Assembly: GCF_006345805.1 (NCBI RefSeq)
Contig: NC_042998.1
Coordinates: 127,906,001 to 127,970,000 of the forward strand
Source of the DNA: Octopus sinensis
Taxonomy: Eukaryota
DNA: 64,000 bases
Direction of reading: 5' to 3'
Positions within the stretch are counted from its first letter, which is position 1; each line of letters starts with the position of its first letter. Of this stretch, positions 24,330 to 37,888 are shown piece after piece. The notes beneath the pieces were generated by a model. The model made no database searches. It had not been told where the DNA came from and was given only the letters and a program-made list of their open reading frames with translations. Both the position numbers and the translations under genes were made by a program.

Positions 24330-25140
24330 AGATATTTTCAGGAGAGACTTATATAAACTTCAAAGTACAAAATTCCAATGACCTTCAAAGTAGAATCTTC
24401 TGACTTCAATACATATATTATAGCGCTCCAGCCACTTCGTAAAGGCCCTAAAGAAGTTCTCGAAAGTGAAGGAGTCCAGGACTCTTGTTAGAGCCTCCTT
24501 CATTTTCTCAATGACTTTAAAACGACTGCCCCAGGGGTTCTCTTTCAGCCTAGGGAACAACTAAATGTCACAAGGAGCACGGTCTGGACTGTAAGGAGGG
24601 TGAAGGATAGTTCTGATACCCACCTCAGTCAAATTGTTGATTACCAGGATGCTTTTCGCTAAGCATCCTGGGAATAGGCTTCGCACAAATTTGTGCATGT
24701 TCAAACTTTCATGAATAAGTCTGTGTACTGTTCCGACACAAGCTCCAAATTGTATGCTAATTGTTCTTATAGACATACGACGGTCTTCATCCAGAAAAAT
24801 TATGAATTTTCTCGTTTCTCTTCTTCTCATGCCTCTCCTCTCTCACCACCTCTCTACAATACATAAACTTCTTGTGCCAGTGAAAAACAAATGCTCGGCT
24901 CATACAAGTTAATCCATACGCAGTCTGAAACATCTTATAAGTTTTTGTAGCACTTTTGCTCAGTTTAACACAAACCCTTATTGCATAGCGAACTTCCAAA
25001 TTGTCTTCAAATGCCGATTGCGAACTAGTCAGTTGAGAAAAACAGTGTTTAGTAGGGTATCTTCTAAGAGCTAGTACAGCCGTCTCCTTCAATTTGAAAG
25101 GTCAGTACTGCTACTGCCGTATCCTTCAGTTTAGCAGTCA
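24330..25140 (-). pseudogene. Internally deleted, degenerate mariner transposase
   Basis: RYAIRVCVKLSKSAT, DEDRRMSIR, HPPYSPDRAPCD, FPRLK and KWLERY..CIE....YFEG in frameshifted ORFs 24787-25092, 24561-24830 and 24360-24560. The central catalytic region is missing. Confidence 0.85.
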
Positions 25141-26149
25141 GCTTATTAGATATAAAGTAATGATATTTGATATAAAGTAATGATATACACACATAATAGA
25201 AGATAAACCTAGCCTGAATAGGAAACTGGAATGGAACACTAGCACACACCTCCAACACACCACAACATATGACAGAATAAGATCCCCATAAACTGATAAC
25301 AATATAAACAAAACATAATAAAATACACTGATAAACAAATGGAATTAAATAACACATGAACAAAATAAATAACAACAAATTACACGAACGTGTATAAACA
25401 GGGTATGCAGATAATACAGGCATCCCCCCACACACACAAACGTACTTACTAAACATAGACACACATAGGGGTATACGCATGCGCAAATAAAGACACATAC
25501 AATAGGAATACAAAATACAAAATGGCTGATCGTTAGTAAGGAGAGACACGCAAATAAGAAAGAAGAAAGATGAGGTCACAGAAGTGTGACGAAAGAACTC
25601 TGGCCGAAATAAGATTAAGATTAATGTAAAAAATAAATAAAGCCGAAGCAAATTAACACCAAATATATAGTGCGTGTGTTTTTAGTGGCTAAACTGGCAA
25701 CATGGCCATCCCTAATTACAACAATCTCTGTTTCAGCATACGATTTCACATCAAGAATCTTGCAAAACAAATACATAAACGTATACTAAAGTAATTATAT
25801 ACTAAAATTACATTAATCTAGAACGGTTATAACTGCCTCTCCTAAAACGTTTCAAAACTTCTGGAATGTACATTGTCCAACTTTATAATCATGAGCCATA
25901 TCTATCGGATTTTTATGTACCAGACCTACATTTACTTTCAAATTCTCACTACATTCAACTCTCAACGATCAACTAACTTCGGGATCGAACAGTTTGTATT
26001 GATTTCATTTATCGTCAAATAAACAGTACATCGAAAACCACTAACTCATCAAGCAATCAACCGGCCATCTACGCCAGCATCGCCACAAACACCAACACAA
26101 CTAGTACCACCACCTTGACACTCCCCCAGCACTTCGATTTTTATAGTGA

Positions 26150-26193
26150 ACAACAACAAATATAAAAACAACAACGATGATGACGACGACAAC

Positions 26194-26226
<33 letters not shown>

Positions 26227-26545
26227 GGTGGTGGTGGTGGTGATGATGATGATGGTGATGATGACGACGACGATGACGATGACGATGATGACGATGATGA
26301 TGTTGATGGTGGTGGTGGTGGTGGTGGTGGTGGTGGTGATGATGATGATGATGATGATGATGACGATGATGATGATGATGACGACGACGATGACGATGAT
26401 GACGATGACGATGATGATGTTGATGGTGGTGCTGGTGGTGGTGGTGGGGGTGATGATGATGATGATGATGATAATGACGACGACGATGACGATGATGACG
26501 ATGACGATGATGATGTTGATGGTGGTAGTGGTGGTGGTGGTTTGA
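26150..26545. repeat. Compound trinucleotide repeat with higher-order units: (GAT/GAC)n GTTGAT (GGT)n
   Basis: GTTGAT anchors at 26302, 26419 and 26515 (spacing 117 and 96), each preceded by a similar GAC/GAT pattern. Confidence 0.85.
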
Positions 26546-26989
26546 TGAATGCACTGCACTTTACAATTCGATTTATGTGGATACTCGAAGGTACCGAGTG
26601 ACCTTCGAGAAAATTCCGATCAAACAGACCAACTCGATGCTAAGCGTTTGCAAGTCGTCGTCAAGTGAAATCGATTAATCAAAGAAAGATGACGCAAACT
26701 AAACGTGATCGAGTTCAACTGTACTTGATAGTAAACACCTTCCATTCTTATTTACTTGCTAATTACAAGTGTTTCATTGATGGCCAGTAACAATCACACA
26801 CACACGCACATACTCGCATGTACATATTTACATACATACGTGTATATATATATATTCTTGTAACACTATCGACTAATGTATCGAGTGTTGTTATACACTT
26901 CATCGCATTATTGTAGCTTTCGAATAATGGCACCCACACTGGTTAGGCGGCTAGATTAACCATTCTCCGAATGGAACCCCAGTCCATCG

Positions 26990-27135
26990 GAAGCTTACCT
27001 ATTTACAGCTGAGTGGACTGGACCAACGTGAAATGGAGGGTTTTGCTCAGAAACACAATGCTCCACTTGTCTGAGAATCGAAACCACGACCTAGCGATCG
27101 TGAGTGCAACGCCCTAGTCACTAACCCAAGAGCCT
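26990..27135 (-). mobile_element. tRNA-derived SINE (family C) 5' part
   Basis: Minus strand TTAGTGACTAGGGCGTTGCACTCACGATCGC...GGTTTCGATTC...CCAGTCCACTCAGCTG. Confidence 0.6.
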
Positions 27136-27214
27136 TCCCGCACACTAATGCGCACACACCAACACTCACACAAAAATACACATATACATACAAAGACAGA
27201 ACATATATATAGAA

Positions 27215-27255
<41 letters not shown>

Positions 27256-27312
27256 TACATACATACATACATACATACATACACACACACATATATACAC
27301 ACACACACACAC

Positions 27313-27362
<50 letters not shown>

Positions 27363-27388
27363 ATATATAGATAGATAGATATATATAT

Positions 27389-27424
<36 letters not shown>

Positions 27425-28301
27425 GATATATATATATATATAGATATATATATAGAGAGAGAGAGAGAGGGAGAGAGGGAGAGAGAGAGAGAGAGAGAGA
27501 GACAACTATGGCACATACTAAATTTAAATACATTGCTAAAAGGCAAACATACTGCAGTAGTCGTCCAATGATAACATTTCTTATGGAACTTCTGTGTTTA
27601 ATAGACCAATGTATAGCGGAAGGAGAGGAAAATAGTTTTAGCATCATCTGGGGAAAACGCAAGATGCATTTCTGCATCTTTGGGCGTTTGTCAACGCCGC
27701 GTACTCACAGCTAGCTACATGCTTAAATGACTTTCATTGCCAATGATATACAGAAAAGCCGTGAATAAATAATGAACGGTATTGCGAATAACCGTTAAGC
27801 GCAATAGAAGCAGAATATATTGTTCGTTTTTTTTCTAAACGCAGCGCATTCAAAAGAAATATTATCTCCAGACGAATAACATTGTAAGTATGCCTTTCGA
27901 ATAAGTACTTAAATGGCTATTTAATCAAATACTGCTTCTGTTGCATATAACTGATTCTTATTTGGCCGGGCGGTTGTTCGTGATACTAGTGAATACTGTT
28001 TTCCAATATATCTCTGGTGACAAATCTCGTATAAGTATGTGGATTGACTGTGATTATATGCCACTGATAACGCCCAGCGAACCGAAAATACATCTGGCGT
28101 TCTCTCAAACCGCTGCTAGGACGATTTACGCCTTCCTTCGATATGTGTTGTGACAAATACTTCAGTAAATGCTTTTCTGACGTATTTAATACATGCTTTT
28201 CAAGCATGTATTTACGTTAGGTATAATACATCGATAGGTATTTTAATCCAATGCTGCTTCTATTACATACAACGGATTTGTGTGTGTGTGTGTGTGTGTG
28301 T

Positions 28302-28340
<39 letters not shown>

Positions 28341-28677
28341 GGGGGGGGGAGTATGCGCGCACATGCTTAGCAGAGTGATCTACGAGTCGGATAGAATGTC
28401 TTCTGTTTTTCCAAATTCTCAACGATCTGAGTACAAATCCTGCCACGGTGACCGTATATGTTCATCCTTACATATCGTCCCAATCAACTACTGTTGTCAA
28501 TTCTTCTATTTTCGCCCTCTCTCTTTCTCTCCTGTTCACTCTAACTCTCTCTCTCTCTCTCCTTTTCTCTTACCCTCTCTTTTCCCCTATACCGTCTACT
28601 TTACTCTGTATATTGTGCAAAAAGCTAGCAAAGTCCTAAAAACACTGATCTGCTTCCAAACGACAGCACCACGTGGA

Positions 28678-28708
<31 letters not shown>

Positions 28709-28727
28709 ATATATGTGTGTGTATATG

Positions 28728-28783
<56 letters not shown>

Positions 28784-28789
28784 TATGTA

Positions 28790-28863
28790 TGTATAAATGC
28801 ATGTCTGTATATACATTTGTATATATATACATACATATATACATACATACATACATACATACA

Positions 28864-28897
<34 letters not shown>

Positions 28898-29143
28898 CAT
28901 ACATACATACATATATACATACATTCATACATATAGCAACAAATTTCTTCTAGTCTATATTGTAACCGTTACACTGTTTGATCATGTGATTACACACACA
29001 AACATTTATATTTATATGCATGTATGTATGTATGTATGTATGTATGTATGTATGTATGTATGTACGTATGTATGAATGAATGTATGTATGTATGTACGTA
29101 TGTACGTATGTATGTATGTATGTATGTAAGTATATATGTATGA

Positions 29144-29176
<33 letters not shown>

Positions 29177-29199
29177 TGTATGTATGTATGTATGTATGA

Positions 29200-29232
<33 letters not shown>

Positions 29233-29274
29233 TGTATGTATGATGTATGTATGTATGTATGTATGTATGTATGA

Positions 29275-29335
<61 letters not shown>
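28790..29335. repeat. Opposed (TACA)n and (TATG)n tetranucleotide arrays
   Basis: Directly visible. This is the source of the YIHT/MYVC pseudo-ORFs. Confidence 0.9.
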
Positions 29336-29336
<1 letters not shown>

Positions 29337-29713
29337 TGCAACATATTTCTTCAGTTTCTATATCCTGGCAGTTACACTGTCTGCTGATATGAATATTTGT
29401 AACAGAAATTTATTGATTTCACTACCTGGCACTAGGCCAGTTGTTGAAGAGTGTGTCTGCTGTCGATTTCATCGACTCTCTCGCGCGTATTAATAGCACT
29501 TATTATATCGATCCGCTGGGATTCGAACTCAGTACTTGGAAATACGAAACAGCTAAAAGGAACTACAGTATTTACTCAGGTGCTCTATTACTTCTAATCA
29601 CCTTTGCTATCTTGCTATTTTGTAACGGTATTTTCCAGATTCCTTTTCACTAGAGACGTAGCAATGTTCAAGTATTTACAATTGGATTGATATCACTGTT
29701 GTTGTTGTTATTA

Positions 29714-29763
<50 letters not shown>

Positions 29764-30519
29764 GCATTTATTTTTATCTGCCTCAGAGGAATAAAAGCAT
29801 AATTGTGCAAACATTATTATTTACATTCAGAACAATGTTTGATGCTCTTATCGGTTGTGATATTGTGCTTCCAGAAAAAAGTAAGCGCTATTGTAATTTC
29901 ATCTGGTCAGGTATAGACTAAATTATATGACTCGCTCTTATTTTATCAATATCGTGAATAATTAACAAACAACACAAAACGAACAATAGTAACAGAAACA
30001 AACAAACGCTCAAACAATAAAAAAAATCAGTTAGTTTTTCATTTTTCTTCATGTGTGTGTATGTGTGTCTCTGTTCAGTATTAATATGCTTTGTTTGTAT
30101 AAAATATTTCTATTACTTCACAAATCATCCATACAACAAGGGGTTTGTGAACCCGTGACTAGGAAACAGTTGTTTTGAAATATCGAAAATAGTTTTAGAC
30201 CGATTCACAGAAAATTTCTCACCGTATTCGCTACGAATATGACTCCCGATTTTGTCCATCAAGGCTTCGAGATATTCTCAAAACATTCTGGGATTTATAG
30301 ACCAAAGACGACAATCCAAACGTTTACCGGAACTGAATATTCTCTCCGCAATTTCAGATATTATTTCAGTTCGTGATGGGCTGTGATTTGGCGGGCAGTA
30401 ACTAGAATGCTGTTGCACGTTAATGCCTTTTGCTATTTGTTCCAACATTTTATGTTGTGAGTTCATATCTCTCCAAGGTTAACTTTGTTGTTCATTCTTC
30501 CGAGTTCCAGTTAAACAGG

Positions 30520-30705
30520 AGGAGCAGGGAGCGGAGGAGGAGGAAGAAGCAGGGAGCGGAGGAGGAGCAGGGAGCGGAGGAGGAGCAGGGAGAGGAGGAG
30601 GAGCAGGGAGCGGAGGAGGAGCAGGGAGCGGAGGAGGAGGAAGAGGAGAGGAGGAGGAAAGAAGAAGAAGAAGAAGAAGAAAGAAGAAGAAGAAGAAGAA
30701 GAATG
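30520..30705. repeat. 15-bp minisatellite (GAGGAGCAGGGAGCG)n grading into (GAA)n
   Basis: About five 15-bp units followed by GAA repeats. Confidence 0.85.
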
Positions 30706-30754
30706 GCTGGATAGCTATTCCCTTGACCCCAAAATAACAAATTTAAAAGAGCGT

Positions 30755-32390
30755 GATACGTAGCATCGAGAAACTCCAAGTATATCGATAGAATGACTCA
30801 GAAGAAAAACAATAAAAAAAAAAGACGATCTCAACTAAGACTGCAAATTAAATAATATTTGAATCAGCTACTTCTGTATCATTAATTCCTTTTCAGGAGC
30901 ATAACTGGTTCCAGTAACTCAACAACTTCGAACATACCAGCAATCTATTCTTTGCATACAATTGGTCGTTTATCGGATACTTCTCTATCACAGAAATGTT
31001 GAATGGACATATTCTACTTCCTTTGTCTACGGCAGTTGCTGGAAAATGGGAAATATAATGATTATTTAAATTGTAATCTTATAATGATTCTTCCTATTTG
31101 CAAATAAAAATACTTGATTAAGTAGAACCTAGAAATGTAAGACTAATATCTGCAAGGCATATAATACCTATTTATATTGTGTATCTAATGCAATGTGGTA
31201 ACCTACACGGGAGGGCTTTTGACGTAAAGCCAGTTCATTAATCAAGGGAGGGAATAATGAATCAACTGTACAGACGGTTGTTTGTTGTTGTTTCTAAAGC
31301 CACTGAATTCTGAGTGATTAGTCGAAACCGTTCCATCATTTACTTACATACGATATATTTAGTTACATATAATATAACCAGAACCGACGGTGATTTGGCT
31401 GTTATTTCTAGCAAGTCGTACAATTGTGAAAATGATTGCGATAGCTGCACTCGTAGTTGTTGCTGACTTTCAACCTTAGGTCAGTTCTGATTGAATAACA
31501 GTAAACAAGCTTGCTTCTGTATCAGAGATTACATAAAATTAATGTTTCCTCTCAGGTTGTGAATTGCAAGCGATTTGGCTGCTATGCCTTGTAGTTCGAG
31601 AATTCCTGTGGGTGCTCTCCCGGTAATTTGTCTATTCTTAAGAAGTGAAAAGGATGAAAATAGAGCAAACATTTTATACTAAACAGACACTTATATGACA
31701 TGAAATGAGTTTGAATATCAACTATGTAAGAATGTGTTTTAGAGAATATAAACAAGAAAGAAAGAGAGTGAAGTGACAGGAAGAGAAGAAAGCGAAACTT
31801 TTTCAGCTCTCCAATTGAGTTGTTCTTGTGGTTAGCTTCACTTCTATAAAAGCAATTATTTTTATATGGATTCCCGAGATATACAAAAGAATGATGTTGC
31901 TTTTTAACTTAGCATTTATTTCATGCCTGAATATTTTTGACTGTATTTAGATTTAATCCGCTTCTGTACACTCAAATTAAATAGCGAGCAAAAGAGAGAC
32001 GTAATGTAAGGGAGAACTTATTTAATCAAGTATTTTTTTTTTATAAATAGGAAGAATCATTATAAGATTACAATTTAGAATAATCATTATATTTCCTGTT
32101 TTCCAGCAACTGCCGGAGACAAAGTAAGGAAAATATGTCCATTCAACATTTTAGTGATAGAGAAATATCCGATAAACGACCAATTGTATGCAAAGAATAG
32201 ATTGCTGGTATTTTTGAAGATGTTGAGTAATAAGAATCTGTTATGCTCTTGAAAAGGAATTAATGATACAGAAGTAGCTGATTCAAAAATCATTTAATAT
32301 GCAGTCTTAGTTGAGGTCAACTTTTTTTATTGTTTTTCTTCTGAGTCATTCTATCGATATACTTGGAGTTTCTCGATGTAGCGTAAAATA
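30755..32390. repeat. Long inverted repeat, arms ~370 bp (30755-31125 / 32015-32390), spacer ~890 bp
   Basis: Example match: CATCGAGAAACTCCAAGTATATCGATAGAATGACTCAGAAG mirrored at 32340-32380. The arms are diverged and no TSD was seen. Confidence 0.85.
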
Positions 32391-33954
32391 TTTGGAGTTT
32401 CTCATTGTGACTTAAATTGTTGCACGTTTAACGAGTAAGTGATTCTCGAGAAATCCTTTGCATTATGAAGTTCAAATCTCCCTCCGAAACCAATATCGAA
32501 TCTGGTCCTTCCACGATCAATGTGGCGGTTTATTCAAATATACCCTCTCCCAAATTCTAGGAACCCAATCACTTTTCTTATGTTATAAAGAGTTTTCAAT
32601 ATACTGAAAATGAGGAATATGTTAAGGATCAAGGGACCACAGAGAACCTTCCCCATTTGTAACGAATATGTTTTGCTCCCGTGTTAGGATTGTTGGTTTT
32701 GTTGTTATTGTTGTTGCTGTTGTTTTTATCGTTGCTTTTTATTGGTTTTGTTGTTACTTTTGCTTTTGCTGTCTAACCCCCATCTCGGCCTTAATTGAAC
32801 ATACATATGAGCAAAATCCTTTCCATCTCGGTTTTAGATACCTTTTTTTAAGGATGGTTGTCATTTAAGAGAAGTTATTTCTGGCAGACCAATTAATGAG
32901 TCTCTTATACTGTGATTGTTGTTGTTGTTTTTGTTGTTGCTATTATTGTTGCTTAGCCCCGGTTCAGCTCTGCTCGAGTAGAACTATGAACAGAAATGTT
33001 TCAATTATGAACATATTTTTGTATGTCAATGACTATATTGTCAAATAACTTCCTTCTAAAATTGGTGGGTGCTTAATTTGTGGCGCTAAAGATGCTATAT
33101 ACATATATATGCAAGTAAGAAAGGAACAAAATTCTTTAAAAAATTTCGTTAAAACTTCCCAAAAGCCAATGTCTCAACCTAAAAAAGTTGCGAAAACGGA
33201 TATACTGTAGCACATAGGTAAACTGTTGAGAACAACCATATAGGTATGTTTTTTTATGGCCAGTGTTTTAGAGGTCCGGGTGCTATATATATGAACAGAA
33301 AACTGTCTGGGGACTGGATGCACAAAGCTGACCTAAAGAGAGTAATGAAACAACATTCGCGACGAAAGAATGAACCCTCAGCACTAGATAAAAGAAACCC
33401 ACCTGTGTTTAAAATTTCCTAACGTTATATACCTCATTGCACGAGACGCTCTCACACAAACTCTGACAAAATATACTTAGAGACACAATAATATAGTAAA
33501 GCTGCTTTACATTCACTTAGAGACCAAATACCAACTGGTTCGGGGAAAAAACTATTATCATATGAATATTCACTTGTCTTAGAAAACGACAATGTAAAAA
33601 TATAACACAACTTCAACGAACAGAGATATTGCCAGACAATAGTACTATGACAATAGTATACTAATTGTCGATTTTGCCTAACCATATGATTGTAACGTGC
33701 AGAAGCGCAGTATGCACGTTTGCTCTTGGTCATGACTTTTCTTCTTCCAGAAGTTTCTTCAGCGGTTTTTATTTTCTTTCTTATTCATTTTTCATGTTCT
33801 TTTCACAACTGTTTGTAATCGTGGTTGACGATCCTGGTCACCGATGTTACTAGTTAAAGCAAAGCCTCTGAGACCTTCTCCCTTTCTCCCTTTCTCCGCT
33901 TCTCAAGTTCTAGATAGAAAGCCCCCTGAATGCTTTTATTCCCACATGAGTTTT

Positions 33955-34176
33955 ACTCTCTTTTTTACTCTTTTACTCTTTTATTTGTTTCAGTCATTTG
34001 ACTGCGGCCATGCTGGAGCACCGCCTTTAGTCGAGCAAATCGACTCCGGGACTTATTCTTTGTAAGCCCAGTACTTATTCTATCGGTCTCTTTTGCCGAA
34101 CCGCTAAGTGACGGGGACGTAAACACACCAGCATCGGTTGTCAAGCAATGCTACAGGGACAAACACAGACACACAA

Positions 34177-34207
<31 letters not shown>

Positions 34208-34372
34208 CATATATACGACAGGCTTCTTTCAGTTTCCGTCTACCAAATCCACTCACATGGCATTGGTCGGCCCGGGGCCATAGCAGAAGACACTTGCCCA
34301 AGATGCCACGCAGTGGGACTGAACCCGGAACCATGTGGTTGGTTAGCAAGCTACTTACCACACAGCCACTCC
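33955..34372 (-). mobile_element. SINE family B full copy
   Basis: Head at 34372 (AGGAGTGGCTGTGTGGTAAGTAGCTTGC on the minus strand) through the (AAAAGAGT)-like tail at ~33955. Confidence 0.88.
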
Positions 34373-36058
34373 TAAATATTATGATCTGTTCTCTTGATGA
34401 GACACCTTTCGATATGATTTTCGGGGATCATGAAGATTTGTATGTCTGCTGAGACCCTACGCAGTCACAGGCCATTCTTGGCTATTTCGGCTCTAACGAC
34501 CTCTTCGTAATGTACCGCAAAGAGAACACCGAGCCAAAGATTAACGCCGTTATCAATATCCTTGATTGTGACACAGGCAATTCGCCAGCACGCTTGAGCG
34601 TCCTCTCCTCGGTTATAAATACTAAGTATACATTCCATTTTCTCTTCCCTCCACTAATAGATGTTCCCCTTACACATACACACACATCGGCTAATGTTAA
34701 CTGTAATTCTTCTTTTGAGGCGACGAGGAAAACAGTTCTGCTTTTTCTGGTGCACAGTTTGGTAATATCTCTTCCACTTCGTTAAATGGTTAAAAGGTTC
34801 CGTTAAAGCTGTGCTCTTCTTGTTTACATTTTATTAAGAGAATTATTTCTCGGCTAGATAGTTAAAATTCAAAAGCTATCTGTCACCAGCAACGTGAGAA
34901 ACTGCTGACGTTTACGATATTTTTTTACAAAAAAGTATGTGTACATTGTTACTGTTGTAACTTTAGTTTATGTCATGCAAATTTGCGTTTTTGGATATTA
35001 AATCGTGATTGTTTGTTCATGAGATTGCATCTGTTTATTTTATTGACATTTTTCATTTTATTCTGTGTTTTACATTTTTTCTTAGATTTTTTTCGTGTAT
35101 TCGACTGTTAAATAATTGTTTGTTTCCAGAATTATTCAGTATTACATCCTTTCTTATTATCTGTTACTGCTCCTCCAACAGAGGATTTCCATATTGGAAA
35201 TTATTATAAAAACATTACAACTCGGAAAAAAATAAAATTTCAAATAAATTTTAGAATAGACTGTCTGTCACCTCAGGTAGGCGTCTAATGTTCCAGCGCC
35301 TTCTGTTTGTGAAATAATCCAGAAAAGAAAATATTTCCATCCAGTAAAAGTTTTCGAAGAGATTTATGACGCCTCTATACATGCAAAGTTACATGATGGT
35401 AATAACTAAATTAATAACAACAATAACAATAGCAACAATAGTAATCTTTTCATCATTAGCTGTAAGTGGAATTTATACATGCATACATATACATGTACAT
35501 ACAAAGGGAGTGTGAAAATATTAAAACATGCTTGAAGTCCAGCATGTAATAATATCCACATATGCAATACTACCCATACAAACGTCTTGTGCATGTACAT
35601 ACATACATATATTCACACACACACACACACACAAGACAATCCTCTTTGAAACCGGTTCTTTTTTCGAGAACTAAAGCCATGAACATGCATACATGCATAG
35701 ATACATGCATACATGCATACATACATACATAAAAATATGCGTGCATAAACATAAATATTGAAATATAGGCGTTACAAATGCAAATGAAAATGGAACAGAG
35801 AAGGACGTTATACAATGTAAAATATTGAAAAAGTTCGTGAAGTATATTTGCCACTTAAATGTGGCTAAGCCCTAAGGATGGATGCTACTGTAGCTTGTAG
35901 CCCCACGAGGACACCTCCTCCAGCTGGCTACTGACACACTTTCTGTGCTCTATCAGTATTTGCAAAGGGAAGCCATCCTTCCCGTCTTCAACCTGTATGA
36001 TAAACACGGACTCGAGTTTCTGAGTATTGATCCGTCATCAGCGTGTGACAATCACCGG

Positions 36059-37874
36059 TTATTTCTTTATTATAGGCACAAGGCCTGAATACAGAGGGTA
36101 CATACACAAACATGGGGAAACAAAAAAACTTATGAGAGAATGAACTACAATGAAGCAAATTACAATGAATATGAGACGGCTCTCCCGGTCCCGCTCCGAG
36201 ACGAAACCGTGATTTCCTTCTTACAACTAAACGTTCTTACAGTCCTTTTTCTTTATTTCCGTTTTAGCTTGTTCCTTTTCTTAGTCTTTAATTGTTGTTT
36301 TTTTTTCTGTTTCGTTTCCTTCTTCTTCTCTCTTTAAACCCTCTAACAGTCCATTTTTCTCGTTTTTATTTTCTTTATATGAAGTACAAACTTTACTTAC
36401 CCGTCTTTACATGTTCAAATCTCCCAACTCCACGACTGGCAGGAGCCCGTCAAACTCGACCTCAACCCCCAACGAGTCGATGAAACATCCATGCATCTCT
36501 CTCAAATTCAAAAATCTCTCCCTATCCATGACTACTCCTTTAGTGCACTCCGGGCACTTTTCTGGCGGCAGCTCTACTCTTATTACCGATTTATACCCTG
36601 CAATCGTTTTCTCTACCTCTCCACCTTTGGAACACGTGACCAAATGCCAACTACATCTCCACCCTTTCACCTCTGCCTGCTTCGGCTACCATCCCGATCC
36701 GTTCGGGCGCGCAGAAACATCACAACCAATGTTATAAACGTTTCCTCCTTCTCCCCGCTGCAATACTGTTTTCTCCTGTGTGCCCTCCCTCACTACTGCT
36801 TCCGCCGGTGCTTCACACCCACTTCTCTCCCCTTCCATCACAATCTTCTCCAGCCCCCCTTGACCGTCAGGGGGAGAATCCACCCGTTACCCTCTCTTCC
36901 TCGTGTTTACCACCGTGAAGGGCTCCTCCACTCCATCCGTCTCCTCCATTGGTACCACCTCCTCAGCACTGCTCTCCTCACCTCTCCTCCCCTCCTCTAC
37001 CTCCTTCCCGGGACATCTTGCCCTCATGTTCCCCTTCCTGCCGCATAGGAAGCATGTTGATGGTCCTCCCTCGACTGCTACTCGAAGTCTGGTGCCTTCC
37101 GGGTGTATCATCTCCTCTGCCATGCTATGCAAGTCTTCCAAAGACACCTGCATGGTCACTTCGAGGCCACATCCCCACCAATTGACCCTTTCGGTCCTTG
37201 CTATCTCAAGTATCTCCACCCCATCCCTCATATCGTGCATTATGGCTGCCACCAGCTATTCTTCCTCGATTTTGGGGGGGCACCCTTCCAATTCTCACTC
37301 TGGCAACGCGTTTTCCACAGTACGTCAGAAGTAGTACCCATTTCGTTGTCAACAACAGTTCATGGCATCTTCTACGCTGCCAAACTCCAGCTCCATCGAG
37401 CTATACTTCCCTCCACGTATAGAATGTGGTCAATTTCCCAACATTTTCAAGGCACTCCTCCACCTCTTCTTTTGGGGCCAACTCCATCCTGTTCGAGAAC
37501 GCAGACAACGTACTGTATATGAACTGTCCTCCTCGCTATGCCTTGAATCATCTCCTCTGACTCCCCCCCTCTTTACAAATCTCCCTCCTCCCTCTCGTAT
37601 CGATTTCTATTTCCTGCACCTCCAGGGTGCTGGCATCTATTCACTGTGTCGTCGCCGCTGCGCAACTTTGTCCATTCTCCATCTCTTTTCTTTTCCTCAC
37701 TTCACTCGCAGACGGGGACTACACAGGTGCAAACGAAGCAGTGACCGAAATCCAACAATTCACACAATTCAACGAATCTTGGTTCACCCACGCGGGTAAA
37801 CCCACAACAAGCACACAATATCAGTGCGCAACGACTCGAACTCACATCGAAGAAATCACTACCAACACCCATTA
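36059..37874 (-). mobile_element. Tx1/L1-like element unit 1, ORF1-only architecture (~1.8 kb)
   Basis: 5' UTR, decayed gag-like ORF1 with CFLCGRKGNMRARC knuckle (H to N), C-terminal extension ending VEFDGLLPVVELGDLNM, T-rich (plus strand) 3' UTR and AATAAAGAAATA end. No APE or RT sequence is present. Confidence 0.7.
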
Positions 37875-37888
37875 GTGATAATCACCGG

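Noticed and set aside
25064-25651. 195-aa hydrophobic ORF
   Set aside because: No recognisable domain. Composition reflects the complement of A/C-rich non-coding sequence, and it overlaps the mariner remnant end.
30430-30779. E/Q/G/A-rich ORF
   Set aside because: Explained by a 15-bp minisatellite and (GAA)n.
36010-36045. Minus-strand CTGATGA followed by CGGA...TCCG stem
   Set aside because: The stem is not followed by GAAA, and there is no stem III or cleavage triplet.
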